Assembly: GCF_006345805.1 (NCBI RefSeq)
Contig: NC_043004.1
Coordinates: 58,218,001-58,282,000, forward strand
Source: Octopus sinensis
Taxonomy: Eukaryota
Length of the DNA: 64,000 bases
Reading direction: 5' to 3'
The notes beneath the pieces were generated by a model, which was not told where the DNA came from, searched no databases, and was given only the letters and a program-made list of their open reading frames with translations. Shown piece by piece: positions 1 through 12,150 of this stretch (position 1 is its first letter; each line of letters starts with the position of its first letter). The translations under genes and the position numbers were made by a program.

Positions 1-170
1 GTGTTTATGTCCCCGTCACTTAGCGGTTCGGCAAAAAGAGACCGATAGAATAAGTACTGGGCTTACAAAAGAATAAGTCCCGGGGTCGAGTTGCTCGACT
101 AAAGGCGGTGCTCCAGCATGGCCGCAGTCAAATGACTGAAACAAGTAAAAGAGTAAAGAGTAAAAGAGTA
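1..170 (+). mobile_element. SINE family A, 3' half (cut by window edge)
   Basis: Same 3' module and (GAGTAAAA)n tail as the full copies elsewhere in the window, e.g. 57041-57458. Confidence 0.9.
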
Positions 171-268
171 TGTCCGCGTGGTGTGTGTGTTCTGAAGGGG
201 GGGATAGTCTGCCGTCGTTTGGGGATGAAGAAACAGTTCGATGAACTGAATTACCAGCTTCTGAATGA

Positions 269-1893
269 ACGTGCAAGTGAGTGAGCATTCCACAAACACG
301 TGCAAGCGAGTGAGCATTCCACAAACACGTGCAAGTGAGTGAGCATTCCACAAACACGTGCAAGCGAGTGAGCATTCCACAAACACGTGCAAGCGAGTGA
401 GCATTCCACAAACACGTGCAAGCGAGTGAGCATTCCACAAACACGTGTAAGTGAGTGAGCATTCCACAAACACGTGTAAGTGAGTGAGCATTCCACAAAC
501 ACGTGCAAGCGAGTGAGCATTCCACAAACACGTGCAAGCGAGTGAGCATTCCACAAACACGTGCAAGTGAGTGAGCATTCCACAAACACGTGCAAGCGAG
601 TGAGCATTCCACAAACACGTGCAAGCGAGTGAGCATTCCACAAACACGTGCAAGTGAGTGAGCATTCCACAAACACGTGCAAGTGAGTCAGCATTCCACA
701 AACACGTGCAAGTGAGTCAGCATTCCACAAACACGTGCAAGTGAGTCAGCATTCCACAAACACGTGCAAGTGAGTCAGCATTCCACAAACACGTGCAAGC
801 GAGTGAGCATTCCACAAACACGTGCAAGCGAGTGAGCATTCCACAAACACGTGCAAGCGAGTGAGCATTCCACAAACACGTGCAAGCGAGTGAGCATTCC
901 ACAAACACGTGCAAGCGAGTGAGCATTCCAGAAACACGTGCAAGCGAGTGAGCATTCCACAAACACGTGCAAGTGAGTCAGCATTCCACAAACACGTGCA
1001 AGCGAGTGAGCATTCCACAAACACGTGCAAGCGAGTGAGCATTCCACAAACACGTGCAAGCGAGTGAGCATTCCACAAACACGTGCAAGCGAGTGAGCAT
1101 TCCACAAACACGTGCAAGCGAGTGAGCATTCCAGAAACACGTGCAAGCGAGTGAGCATTCCACAAACACGTGCAAGCGAGTGAGCATTCCACAAACACGT
1201 GCAAGCGAGTCAGCATTCCACAAACACGTGCAAGTGAGTCAGCATTCCACAAACACGTGCAAGCGAGTGAGCATTCCACAAACACGTGCAAGCGAGTGAG
1301 CATTCCATAAACACGTGCAAGCGAGTGAGCATTCCACAAACACGTGCAAGCGAGTGAGCATTCCACAAACACGTGCAAGCGAGTGAGCATTCCACAAACA
1401 CGTGCAAGCTAGTGAGCATTCCACAAACACGTGCAAGCGAGTGAGCATTCCACAAACACGTGCAAGTGAGTCAGCATTCCACAAACACGTGCAAGCGAGT
1501 GAGCATTCCACAAACACGTGCAAGCGAGTCAGCATTCCACAAACACGTGCAAGCGAGTGAGCATTCCACAAACACGTGCAAGTAAGTCAGCATTCCACAA
1601 ACACGTGCAAGCGAGTCAGCATTCCACAAACACGTGCAAGCGAGTGAGCATTCCACAAACACGTGCAAGCGAGTGAGCATTCCACAAACACGTGCAAGTG
1701 AGTCAGCATTCCACAAACACGTGCAAGTGAGTCAGCATTCCACAAACACGTGCAAGCGAGTGAGCATTCCATAAACACGTGCAAGCGAGTCAGCATTCCA
1801 CAAACACGTGCAAGCGAGTGAGCATTCCACAAACACGTGCAAGCGAGTGAGCATTCCACAAACACGTGCAAGCGAGTGAGCATTCCACAAACA
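269..1893. repeat. 29-bp minisatellite, 56 units (ACGTGCAAGYGAGTSAGCATTCCACAAAC)
   Basis: Head-to-tail units in constant phase from ACGTG at 269 to ACGTG at 1864; no unique spacers. Confidence 0.98.
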
Positions 1894-4800
1894 TGGATTA
1901 TTGGTACCGTCCACTCAATACCATTTATGTTAAGATCGAATCGGGGCTATAGAAAATGACGTTTGTCCATGATGCCACCGATGGGAGTCGAACTTCTTAA
2001 TTATTCGACCATACCGTGCCTAATTTGTGTGTGCGTGTATGTACATGTATGCATTAGGCACACATACACACAGATATGCATGTATGTATGATGCGTTAGT
2101 GTATTATAAGGAACAAGTTTAAATTGCGAGTATGGTTTCAGTGCTGTTAAATGTGGTTTATAATTGACTTAACAAACAAGATATCACAAAATATCAGAAT
2201 AATTTCACAATCAATAGGTATTGTGTTTGCTTCTTGGGGTTTTAATATTTAACCTGGTTGATAAGTGGGGTTACTGAGATGACTGGTTGATTAATTAATT
2301 GATTGATTGAGAGGAAGACATACAGACGGATTAATGAATAAATAGGAAATGAATTTTAATCCAAATGACAAATGAATGATTAAGGATAGAAATTTTACAA
2401 ACGTGGAATAAGACTGGTTTTAAGCTTCATAAGAAAGCCGGATTCTTTTAAACTTCTGGGTGTTGTGAGATATTTACAGGTCTTTCTTTGGCTGTCTAGG
2501 CTTCGCACCGGCGTACTGACTGAAATCATTCCAGTCTTTTACAAGGCTGTACATAGAAATAAGGGTAGACTGTGCCTTATTACTGCGTATGTTATTAACG
2601 TATGAGCAGTTCCGAATTTAAAATCGATCGTCAGAAGTGTTGATTGCGTTTTCTTTTATCACATCGATAGCCTGGCAAATCGAGAAGCCAAACATTGTAA
2701 CTTTCCGGGGAAACAAGACATATCAGTTTCCTAATGAAGTGATCTTCAGTCGGGACCGATGGTTAAAAGCGTCCGTGTTTTACATTAAGATTTGTATATC
2801 TATGCTTCTTTCACATGTTAGTGTCTTGCAACACTGCACTGAATGGGGTGGCTTGTAAAAATGTTCCGAGATCCTGAGATGTTGTTGTCGTTTTTAGATC
2901 TTTTGTATCTTGCTTGAGATATTCCTTTTATCGTTCTCCAAGGCATTGATGAAAGTGGGAGAAGGAGGTATGCTCAAATCTGAGACCTGATCTGAATGTT
3001 TGCGACTAAATAAACTCTGCTAAAAGCACCCAAATTTCAAATTGGTGGTGTTAAACTATGCGACGAATTAAGTCTGATACCCAAGTTGATCATAGTAGGC
3101 TTTTAACTCAGAAAGCAGAGCCAGAAATAATACCGCGATGTATTCGGTCTGATGCTTATAATTCCAGCAATCCACTGCTATGGATTAACACTGTTTTTAT
3201 TAAACCCAAAAGAGCGATGGATTTAACCTCGGCCGGATTCGATTTCAGAGTTTGTAAATAAGTTTGTAAATAACTAAGTTTTTCAGACATACCGAGCAAA
3301 CGCTGTCAGGCGAACCAGTCACTGAACAGATGAGACAGTCTGAGAGAGCACTTTTTTTTTGTTTTTAGAGGTGGTAATAATTCTGATGCGTGACAAATAT
3401 TGTCTAAACGGCGTGACCTCGTCTCGTGATTCTCGAAGTCACGAGCTTCTGATACAGTAAGAGCAAGTGAACTGCTTCCATCCAGAATATACTTCTCGTC
3501 AACGACGTCTCGATACAATTTCCCCTACCACACTCATCCAGTTCAGACAACTCCAGGCCTTTGATTCTCATGTCACCAAATATGTGTGAATCTCTAGATT
3601 TTTTTTTCTCTTTTACCCTTGCTAAGTGATTAGATGCCTAGCTTCTCTTCGAGACACTTGGTATTACTCTGTGTCTATCTCTCAGCTTTTATTCTTTTAC
3701 AACTCTCTTTCAACACCATATCATCTTCCCTCTGGCTGGGACCTTGCTCCAGCCACAGGTATGGACAACAGCCCTCAATACGTTGTGGTCAACTTAACTG
3801 TGACACATCAACTTTATTGAAAACAATTATAAATTTAAATTAAGATTTTACTTTAAGGAATTATTTCACTGTTTGTCAAAAAAGTTAATTTTATGCTATT
3901 AAAAGTAATAAATGTAAATAAGATTTACAAATAACGAACGAACTTACCTTGAGGAAAAGATCGACTATTCATCGTCAACAAATACTAGATACCAGTACGA
4001 GACAGATTCCACTAAGTAAACAGCTACTTACGTACAAATAAACAAATTCCCAAAATTTTAAGTCTTTCGAATTTACCTTTTGGTTAACAAAATTACAAAT
4101 TTAATATGAACAAATAAAGAAAATATAGATATTAAAAACTTCAAACTGCGACCAAATAATTTATAATACCAAATTAGAAAATACATTTACTAACAACTAT
4201 GATATTAAATTGACAAGACATTACTGTTGCTCACTCTTTCACAAACATACAATCACGCGTGCGCATTATATACTGTGACTCGCACACAAGTAAACAATAT
4301 ATTTCTTTAATTTTAGCTATTCTGACAGCCTCGAATCTTTAACACAATCCTTGTTCATACTGCCACATGATTTGTTCACTGGATTAGCATAATCTTGAGT
4401 TTTGGCACAGTTCACCTCCATACTGTCACATGCCTCCACAGATATAGTTTGAATTTCCCTTCAGCTATGCTTATTTTATTGCCCTTTTCGATTATCTGAT
4501 TTGACATAGTTGAGAGATCTCTTCTTCGCACACAATTGACTTTAAGCCGCATGCCTGATCAGAGAGACAAGTGTCAGCATTTCTGTATGAGCAATTGTCT
4601 TGTTTAATAAGATTACTTGAGATTAGGATCTTCATGTTGCTGATTTTCAAGGAAAAGCTGTTGATCGTTATCGTTAACTGGGAAATGCTTATGCAAGAGA
4701 GCCAAGAATTCTTTTACCTACAGAAAGTTGAGATGGAAAGAAACAGTCATTCAAATTTTATGCTCTAAAGGGCAAAAACTGTCTTTTTGTGCTTCTCGGA

Positions 4801-5264
4801 ACAGGATGCCCGTAGTGTGCACAAATTCCAGAGCTAGGTGGTTGATGAAGTGGCTAGATGTGTTGAAATTGTGGACCCTATGCGAACTTGGAACCAAACA
4901 GCGAATACTGTAAAAACGCTCACGAAAATCACTTAGGTGACCGCTTGTTTCATCCAAAGTTTCCGAGTTTGTTGCATATAATATTGGCGAGTATGCAATT
5001 GGTGATTTCTGTAGCGTTACTGATGTAAGAACCCCTACAGCAAATGGGGCAAGCGCACTTGAAAGTACTTGGTTTGGCGTAGTTGGCGACAAGGGAGTTT
5101 TAAATTGAAAGGTAGAGGATGCTTCGTCTCTTTTAAAATGGAGCGTTCGGTGCAGGAAGACTGGGATGGTAAAAGGATTAAAGTGAAGAACTTGGAAGTT
5201 GCAGAGGAGTGTATGCTTCAATGAGATTTTGGCTGGCTCCAAGGTGAGAGCAGGTTTGTTTTGT

Positions 5265-5760
5265 TGGTGTGTCCAGGATACACAAAGTACCAGCATGCAG
5301 AAAGGGATCCAAAGACTGCGACTTCTGTCACACTGAGAGACTCCACATCATTCATCGGTATACTCCGATTTTAAACATACTCGAACTCCTCTCAATTTGC
5401 CGCCTCATACCAAAGTCAGATAGAGTATCGATAGGGCTAATTGCGTACACACACACACACGTGTGTGTGTGTAAAAATTGTGGTTACTTTTGTTTGTTTG
5501 TTTCCAAACAACTCTTATTTCAATGCTGTTGACACGGCCGGATGCATCGGTGCAGTGAGCTCTTTTCATTTATAAAGTATACACTAGCATAATAATATAT
5601 ACAGTTGTGCTGACGACACTTCTTAATGGCATCAATTTCGCACAGGTCTTGGTTCATGTGATTATCCCTCCCCATTCGGAGTTGGTCTCCAAACGATCGT
5701 TCTGCCCTCTCTGGAAACAGGTATAATTTCAATAAATCAAGTATTTAAATTCTATGGTAT
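5265..5760 (+). mobile_element. Penelope-like element, 5'-truncated decayed 3' end (GIY-YIG C-terminal Cys motif)
   Basis: + frame reads KVPACRKGSKDCDFCHTERLHII...LN..ELLSICR, resembling the PLE C-terminal CxxC..EK..I...LN..EL...CRH pattern. The 3' boundary is approximate. Confidence 0.6.
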
Positions 5761-5845
5761 TTAGTACACCTTTGTTCGTATTATTCAAACACATGCCGCT
5801 AGCCACTGAGTATTTTGCAGCAGCTCATTTTCATGCCATATATAT

Positions 5846-6201
5846 ACTCTTTTACTTGTTTCAGTCATTTGACTGCGGCCATGCTGGAGCACCGGGACTT
5901 ATTCTTTTTGTAAGCCCAGTACTTATTCTATCGGTCTCTTTTGCCGAAGTAACGGGGACATAAACACACCAGCATCGGTTGTCAAGCAATGCTAGGGGAC
6001 AAACACAGACACACAAACACACACATATACATATATATACGACAGGCTTGTTTCAGTTTCCTTCTACCAAATCCACTCACAAGGCTTTGGTCGGCCCGAG
6101 GCTATAGTGGAAGACACTTGCCCAAGGTACCACGCAGTGGGACTGAACCCGGAACCATGTGGTTGGTAGACAAGCTACTTACCACACAACCACTCCTGCG
6201 C
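5846..6201 (-). mobile_element. SINE family A with small internal deletions
   Basis: Reverse complement of the tRNA-like head (GCGCAGGAGTGG..GGGTTCAGTCCC), TTGGGCAAGT CORE-like box, internal TA/TG microsatellite and AGTAAAAGAG tail. Confidence 0.9.
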
Positions 6202-6232
<31 letters not shown>

Positions 6233-6727
6233 CGATCTAAATATGTACCTATAAATAACACATACATACATGATTGGCATAAGCAATACATACATACATA
6301 CATACATACATTCCTGTATGTGCACGTGCCTCTGTGTTAGATTTTCACATGTTTGGAACTAATTAAACCTGTGAGTAAAATATGTATATGTCGTTTTCTG
6401 CTGCTGCTGCTGCTAGTAGTGGTTTCGGCATCATTTTTGAAGGAGTAAGATGCTGGCGACAACTCAGTTTATCTGTAGCAGTTGTTGGTAAGCTAGCTTA
6501 TTTGAGAGATAGACAGAAAACCGAAAATAAAATGCAAGGCCCCTCAATCGCTTCTTACCACCACTACCACTACTATGAACATGGTAATTCTTAACAATAT
6601 CATGGAGAAGTATTACTAATACTAGCTACGACAATGCCACCGCCAACCGTAATAATTGCCCAATTGACATCACAATCACAACCGTTACATTCCGCTTAAC
6701 AACACAGTAAATTATTTTATAATGCTT

Positions 6728-6754
6728 GTATGTATGTATGTATGTATGTATGTA

Positions 6755-6787
<33 letters not shown>

Positions 6788-6895
6788 GTGTGTATGTATG
6801 ATGTATGTATGTATGATGTATGTATGTTGTATGTATGATATATGTATGTATGATGTATGTATGTATTATGTATGTATGTATGTATGTATGTATGT
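6728..6895. repeat. (TATG)n/(TG)n compound microsatellite
   Basis: Direct reading. Confidence 0.95.
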
Positions 6896-7010
6896 GTTGC
6901 TTATTTCAATCAGGAAAATTATCTCTTATGGTCCTTATCAGGGGTTCGTGACACTGATGGTAGAAGAAAGTAATCGTCAGGTGGAAAGTGTGTGTGTGTG
7001 TGTGTGTGTG

Positions 7011-9080
7011 TAATTCGAATGCTTGCAAACAGGTAGAGGACTCCGATAAAATGCTGCCAAGGACCAGATGGTGGAGTTTAAAGCTGGGTGACAGCTTCTC
7101 CGTCTTTACTATCTGGACTATCGACACCATCGCCAATCCCACACTGTCAACATTATCATAGCAACAACCAACCAACCAACCACAAACTACAACACCTATA
7201 GCACCAACTGTAGAACTTCCACGACATACACCTACCAATAATGCCAGCACGAAACCACCACAAACACAATCATCACCATTTCGCTCTTTCATAAAAGACC
7301 AGCTGCTACGGCGGAGGACGTCTTCTATAAATGAGATTCAAAGGTTCCTAGGTAGCGTGCACTGCTACATGCAACATGCAATCAATTTCTTAAACACAGT
7401 ATCTGAAGGAATGGGCTCGTAAAAATTGGTATTATTTCTTTAATTATTACTGTTAGGTTTCAAGCATGAAAATAGCGACGAAATATGGTAGAATGCGCAA
7501 TATTAAATAAAGGACACACTAGTATTATCTATCGGCAGTGAAAACAGTCAAGTAATAGATTAAATGCGAAATAGTATTTAATTTCGCCTTTCTACATTAT
7601 GTGTTCAAATCTCACTGCGGTCGTCTTTGTTTTTCATGTCCCTGGTACCTATGAAAAAAATACCAGTTATCTATATGGGTCTTCTGCAAAGTCTACTATG
7701 CAGTTCCCCTCCTTACACATTCGACCCGATGTAACAAATCATAAAACCCAACTGAACGCGGTAAGTTGCAGAGTAGGTAGGGCATAGTCGGGGTGGGGGA
7801 GGTTATGTACCATACAATATTTAGTTACTTTCCTTTAGGTTCCAAGTTCAAATCCAATCTAAGTCGAGTTTTTTTTTTCTTTCCTTTTCTCCTTACAGAA
7901 AAGGAGTGATAGTATAAAATAGTATAAGCAGTATTCCAGCACCAGCATCGATCTAACCCACTATACCCAATGCATCCATAATTCGAGACGTATGTGTATA
8001 TATATATACCTACACTCCTGCACCTATATATATATATATATGTGTGTGTGTGGTGTGTGTGTGTGTAATTCGAATGCTTGCAAACAGGTAGAGGACTCCG
8101 ATAAAATGCTGCCAAGGACCAGATGGTGGAGTTTAAAGCTGGGTGACAGCTTCTCCGTCTTTACTATCTGGACTATCGACACCATCGCCAATCCCACACT
8201 GTCAACATTATCATAGCAACAACCAACCAACCAACCACAAACTACAACACCTATAGCACCAACTGTAGAACTTCCACGACATACACCTACCAATAATGCC
8301 AGCACGAAACCACCACAAACACAATCATCACCATTTCGCTCTTTCATAAAAGACCAGCTGCTACGGCGGAGGACGTCTTCTATAAATGAGATTCAAAGGT
8401 TCCTAGGTAGCGTGCACTGCTACATGCAACATGCAATCAATTTCTTAAACACAGTATCTGAAGGAATGGGCTCGTAAAAATTGGTATTATTTCTTTAATT
8501 ATTACTGTTAGGTTTCAAGCATGAAAATAGCGACGAAATATGGTAGAATGCGCAATATTAAATAAAGGACACACTAGTATTATCTATCGGCAGTGAAAAC
8601 AGTCAAGTAATAGATTAAATGCGAAATAGTATTTAATTTCGCCTTTCTACATTATGTGTTCAAATCTCACTGCGGTCGTCTTTGTTTTTCATGTCCCTGG
8701 TACCTATGAAAAAAATACCAGTTATCTATATGGGTCTTCTGCAAGTCTACTATGCAGTTCCCCTCCTTACACATTCGACCCGATGTAACAAATCATAAAA
8801 CCCAACTGAACGCGGTAAGTTGCAGAGTAGGTAGGGCATAGTCGGGGTGGGGGAGGTTATGTACCATACAATATTTAGTTACTTTCCTTTAGGTTCCAAG
8901 TTCAAATCCAATCTAAGTCGAGTTTTTTTTTTCTTTCCTTTTCTCCTTACAGAAAAGGAGTGATAGTATAAAATAGTATAAGCAGTATTCCAGCACCAGC
9001 ATCGATCTAACCCACTATACCCAATGCATCCATAATTCGAGACGTATGTGTATATATATATATACCTACACTCCTGCACC

Positions 9081-9110
<30 letters not shown>
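7011..9110. repeat. Near-identical tandem duplication, unit about 1055 bp (7011-8050 / 8066-9110)
   Basis: TAATTCGAATGCTTG at 7011 and 8066; the copies differ only by homopolymer/dinucleotide length; junction lies in (TG)n. Confidence 0.95.
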
Positions 9111-9120
<10 letters not shown>

Positions 9121-9122
<2 letters not shown>

Positions 9123-9227
9123 CAGGAGTGGCTGTGTGGAAAGTAGCTTGCTTATTAACCACATGGTCCCGGGTTCAAAGCCTTGTGAGTGGATTTGGTA
9201 GACGGAAACTGAAAGAAGCCCATCGTA

Positions 9228-9273
<46 letters not shown>

Positions 9274-9469
9274 GTGGGGTGGGTGTATATATGTGTTTAT
9301 GTTTGTGTGTCTGTGTTTGTCCCTCCACCCACCATCGCTACGTTCGGCAAATGAGACTAATAGAAGTACCAGGCTTACAAAGAATAAGTCCTGGGGTCAA
9401 TTTGTTCGACTAAAGGTGGTGTTCCAGCATGGCCACAATCAAATGACTGAAACAAATATAATAATAATA

Positions 9470-9500
<31 letters not shown>

Positions 9501-9750
9501 ATATAAACGAACGGCAACGGGAAACTCAGAGTAACAGGTTTTGTTGAATTTTCTGCTGCTTTAAATAAGCATATTACTCTACCACTGGTATTTGAGTACT
9601 CTTTTTTCCACCTTGTGTGGTGTGTGTGTGTGGTGTGTGTGTGTGCAGGAGTGGCTGTGTGGAAAGTAGCTTGCTTATTAACCACATGGTCCCGGGTTCA
9701 AAGCCTTGTGAGTGGATTTGGTAGACGGAAACTGAAAGAAGCCCATCGTA

Positions 9751-9794
<44 letters not shown>

Positions 9795-9995
9795 GTGGGG
9801 TGGGTGTATATATGTGTTTATGTTTGTGTGTCTGTGTTTGTCCCTCCACCCACCATCGCTACGTTCGGCAAATGAGACTAATAGAAGTACCAGGCTTACA
9901 AAGAATAAGTCCTGGGGTCAATTTGTTCGACTAAAGGTGGTGTTCCAGCATGGCCACAATCAAATGACTGAAACAAATATAATAATAATAATATA

Positions 9996-10026
<31 letters not shown>

Positions 10027-10134
10027 AACGAACGGCAACGGGAAACTCAGAGTAACAGGTTTTGTTGAATTTTCTGCTGCTTTAAATAAAGCATATTACT
10101 CTACCACTGGTATTTGAGTACTCTTTTTTCCACC

Positions 10135-10140
<6 letters not shown>
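9121..10140 (+). repeat. Near-identical tandem duplication, unit about 523 bp, each copy containing a CORE-deleted family A SINE (9121-9458, 9644-9979)
   Basis: TGCAGGAGTGGCTG at 9121 and 9644; both share the same internal deletion (GGGTTCA|AAGCC); junction lies in (TG)n. Confidence 0.95.
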
Positions 10141-10168
<28 letters not shown>

Positions 10169-10556
10169 GTAGTAGTAGTAAAATACGTATGTAAGGTGTG
10201 CAAATCTTAGAAATGGGTGAGTGAATGGAAGATGTGGGTGACTAAATCTCCGTCATCAGCATGACAAACCATTGAATAGCAGCCAAATTTCCCTCAAATC
10301 GTATCCCAGATTTAAGCAAAGGGACACATGATAAAAAGGAAAAGATTGGATAGTCCCGACTGGAACGCTTTTGATCATAACTCTGTTTGGTGAAGATTGA
10401 CCTGGAACTAAACATATAATCCACATCATCATCATCAGCAACAGCTGTTCTTGACTGGCTCTTATTTTATCAACCCCAAAAGGGCGAAAAGTAAAGTCCG
10501 ACCTTAACAGGGTTTGAAGTAAAATATACAAGGATAGTATTGATTCCTAACATGAG

Positions 10557-10788
10557 CTATTTCTTTACTACCCACAAGGGGCTAAACACAGAGAGGACAA
10601 ACAAGGACAGACAAACGGATTGAGTCGATTGCATCGACCCCAGTGCGCAACTGGTACTTAATTTATCAACCCCGAAAGGATGAAAGGCAAAGTCGACCTC
10701 GGCGGAATTTGAACTCAGAACGTAACGGCAGACGAAATACGGCTACGCATTTCGCCCGGCGTGCTAACGTTTCTGCCAGCTCGCCGCC
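10557..10788 (-). mobile_element. SINE family B (long form), young, with 19-20 bp TSD
   Basis: tRNA-like head (GAGCTGGCAG..GAGTTCAAATTCC) and GAGGTCGACTTTGCCTTTCATCC core; TSD TATTGATTCCTA(A)ACATGAG at 10538-10556 and 10789-10808. Confidence 0.9.
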
Positions 10789-10834
10789 TATTGATTCCTA
10801 AACATGAGCAAATTTGAAACACGTGTGGGTATAA

Positions 10835-12150
10835 TCAATTATATTGACCCCAGCTGTTAATTTTACAGACCCTAGGAAGTGCAAATCCCAAACTGTCTAC
10901 AGGAAATTTTAACTCGAAATGTAAAGACAACTAAATGATGTAGGGTGTTTTACTCCGGTGTTCTACCGCACCCGCCGGTCCACCTTCATTCATATTTAAG
11001 CGCACGACTTTACTACATCTTTCAAGCAATTAAATCGACATCGGTATTAAACTGGTTGGTACTTGGTTTTATCGGGCTTCGTGGAATTTGAACTCGTAAC
11101 GTAAAGGGATGTAGCGAAATTCTGCAAGGACATAAAAATATTTTCTAACTTACACACATAGGTTACAGATTTGGCGGGAAAAAAACGGTGAGCCTTTCTT
11201 CCAGCCTTTTACATACAGAGATCGAATTCCGCCGAGGTCGACTTTTCTTTCATCCTTTCAGGGTTGATAAAATAAAGTACCAATCAAGTACTAGGGGTTA
11301 GTGATATCGATTAGCATGAGGCCTTGTACCAGTAGTAGAAAGAATTATTATTATTATTATTTTTGTTAAGACGACGAGCCTGCAGAATAGTTAGCACGCC
11401 GGGCAAAAATCTTAACGGCATATAGTCCATCTTTACGTTCTGAGTTCATATTCCACCGAGGTCGACTTTGCCACTGAGGTCGATGTAATCGACTCACCTC
11501 CCAAGCTGCTCTTGTGACAAAAATTTGCAGAATCATTAGCACGCCGGGCGAAATGCTTAGCGATATTTCGTTTGCCGTTACGTTCTGAGTTCAAATTCCG
11601 CCGAGGTCGACTTTGCCTTTCATCCTTTCGGGGTCGATAAATTAAGTACCAGTTACGCACTGGGGTCGATGTAATCGACTTGATCCGTTTGTCTGTCCTT
11701 GTTTGTCCCCTCTGTGTTTAGCTCCTTGTGGGTAATAAAAAAAAACAGAAATTTCGCTTGCCCCTACGTTCTGAGTTCAAATTCCGCCGAGGTCGACTTT
11801 GCCTTTCATCCTTTTGGGGGGTCGATAAATTAAGTGCCAGTGAAACACTGAAGTCGGTGTAATCGACTAGTCCTCTTCCCCCAAATTCTTGTGTCTTTAG
11901 CAGAAAGGATCACTGTTATTATTACTATTATGAAGGGGACGAGCGGATTGAATCATTGGTGCGTCGGACAAAATGCTTAGCGGCATTTCTTCTTGCTCAA
12001 TTCTAAGTTCAAATTCCGCCGAGGTCGACTTTGCCTTTCATCCTCTCAGGGTCGATAAAATAAGTACCAGTTGAACACTGGAGTCGATGTAATCGACTCG
12101 TCCTCACCTTCCCCCCAAGCTGCCTTTGTGGCAAAAATTTGAAATAATAC
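10835..12150. mobile_element. Cluster of about 6 further family B SINE copies/fragments, including a dimer at 11527-11930
   Basis: Repeated CCGCCGAGGTCGACTTT cores at about 11229, 11455, 11598, 11785 and 12016, separated by (ATT)n tails; older minus-strand fragments at 10835-11130. Confidence 0.85.

Noticed and set aside
269-1893. CRISPR-like array or repetitive CDS (many 60-218 aa ORFs)
   Set aside because: Units are contiguous with no unique spacers, there are no cas genes, and the context is eukaryotic. The ORFs are a consequence of a stop-poor 29-bp unit.
5660-5710. Second hammerhead motif in the 5265 Penelope fragment (CAAACGATCGTT)
   Set aside because: A palindromic helix III remnant is visible, but no CUGANGA core or stem I could be paired.
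6906-7292. 128-aa minus-strand ORF (MKERNGDDC...)
   Set aside because: Antisense of a C/A-rich tract that runs into a microsatellite; no recognisable domain or splice context.
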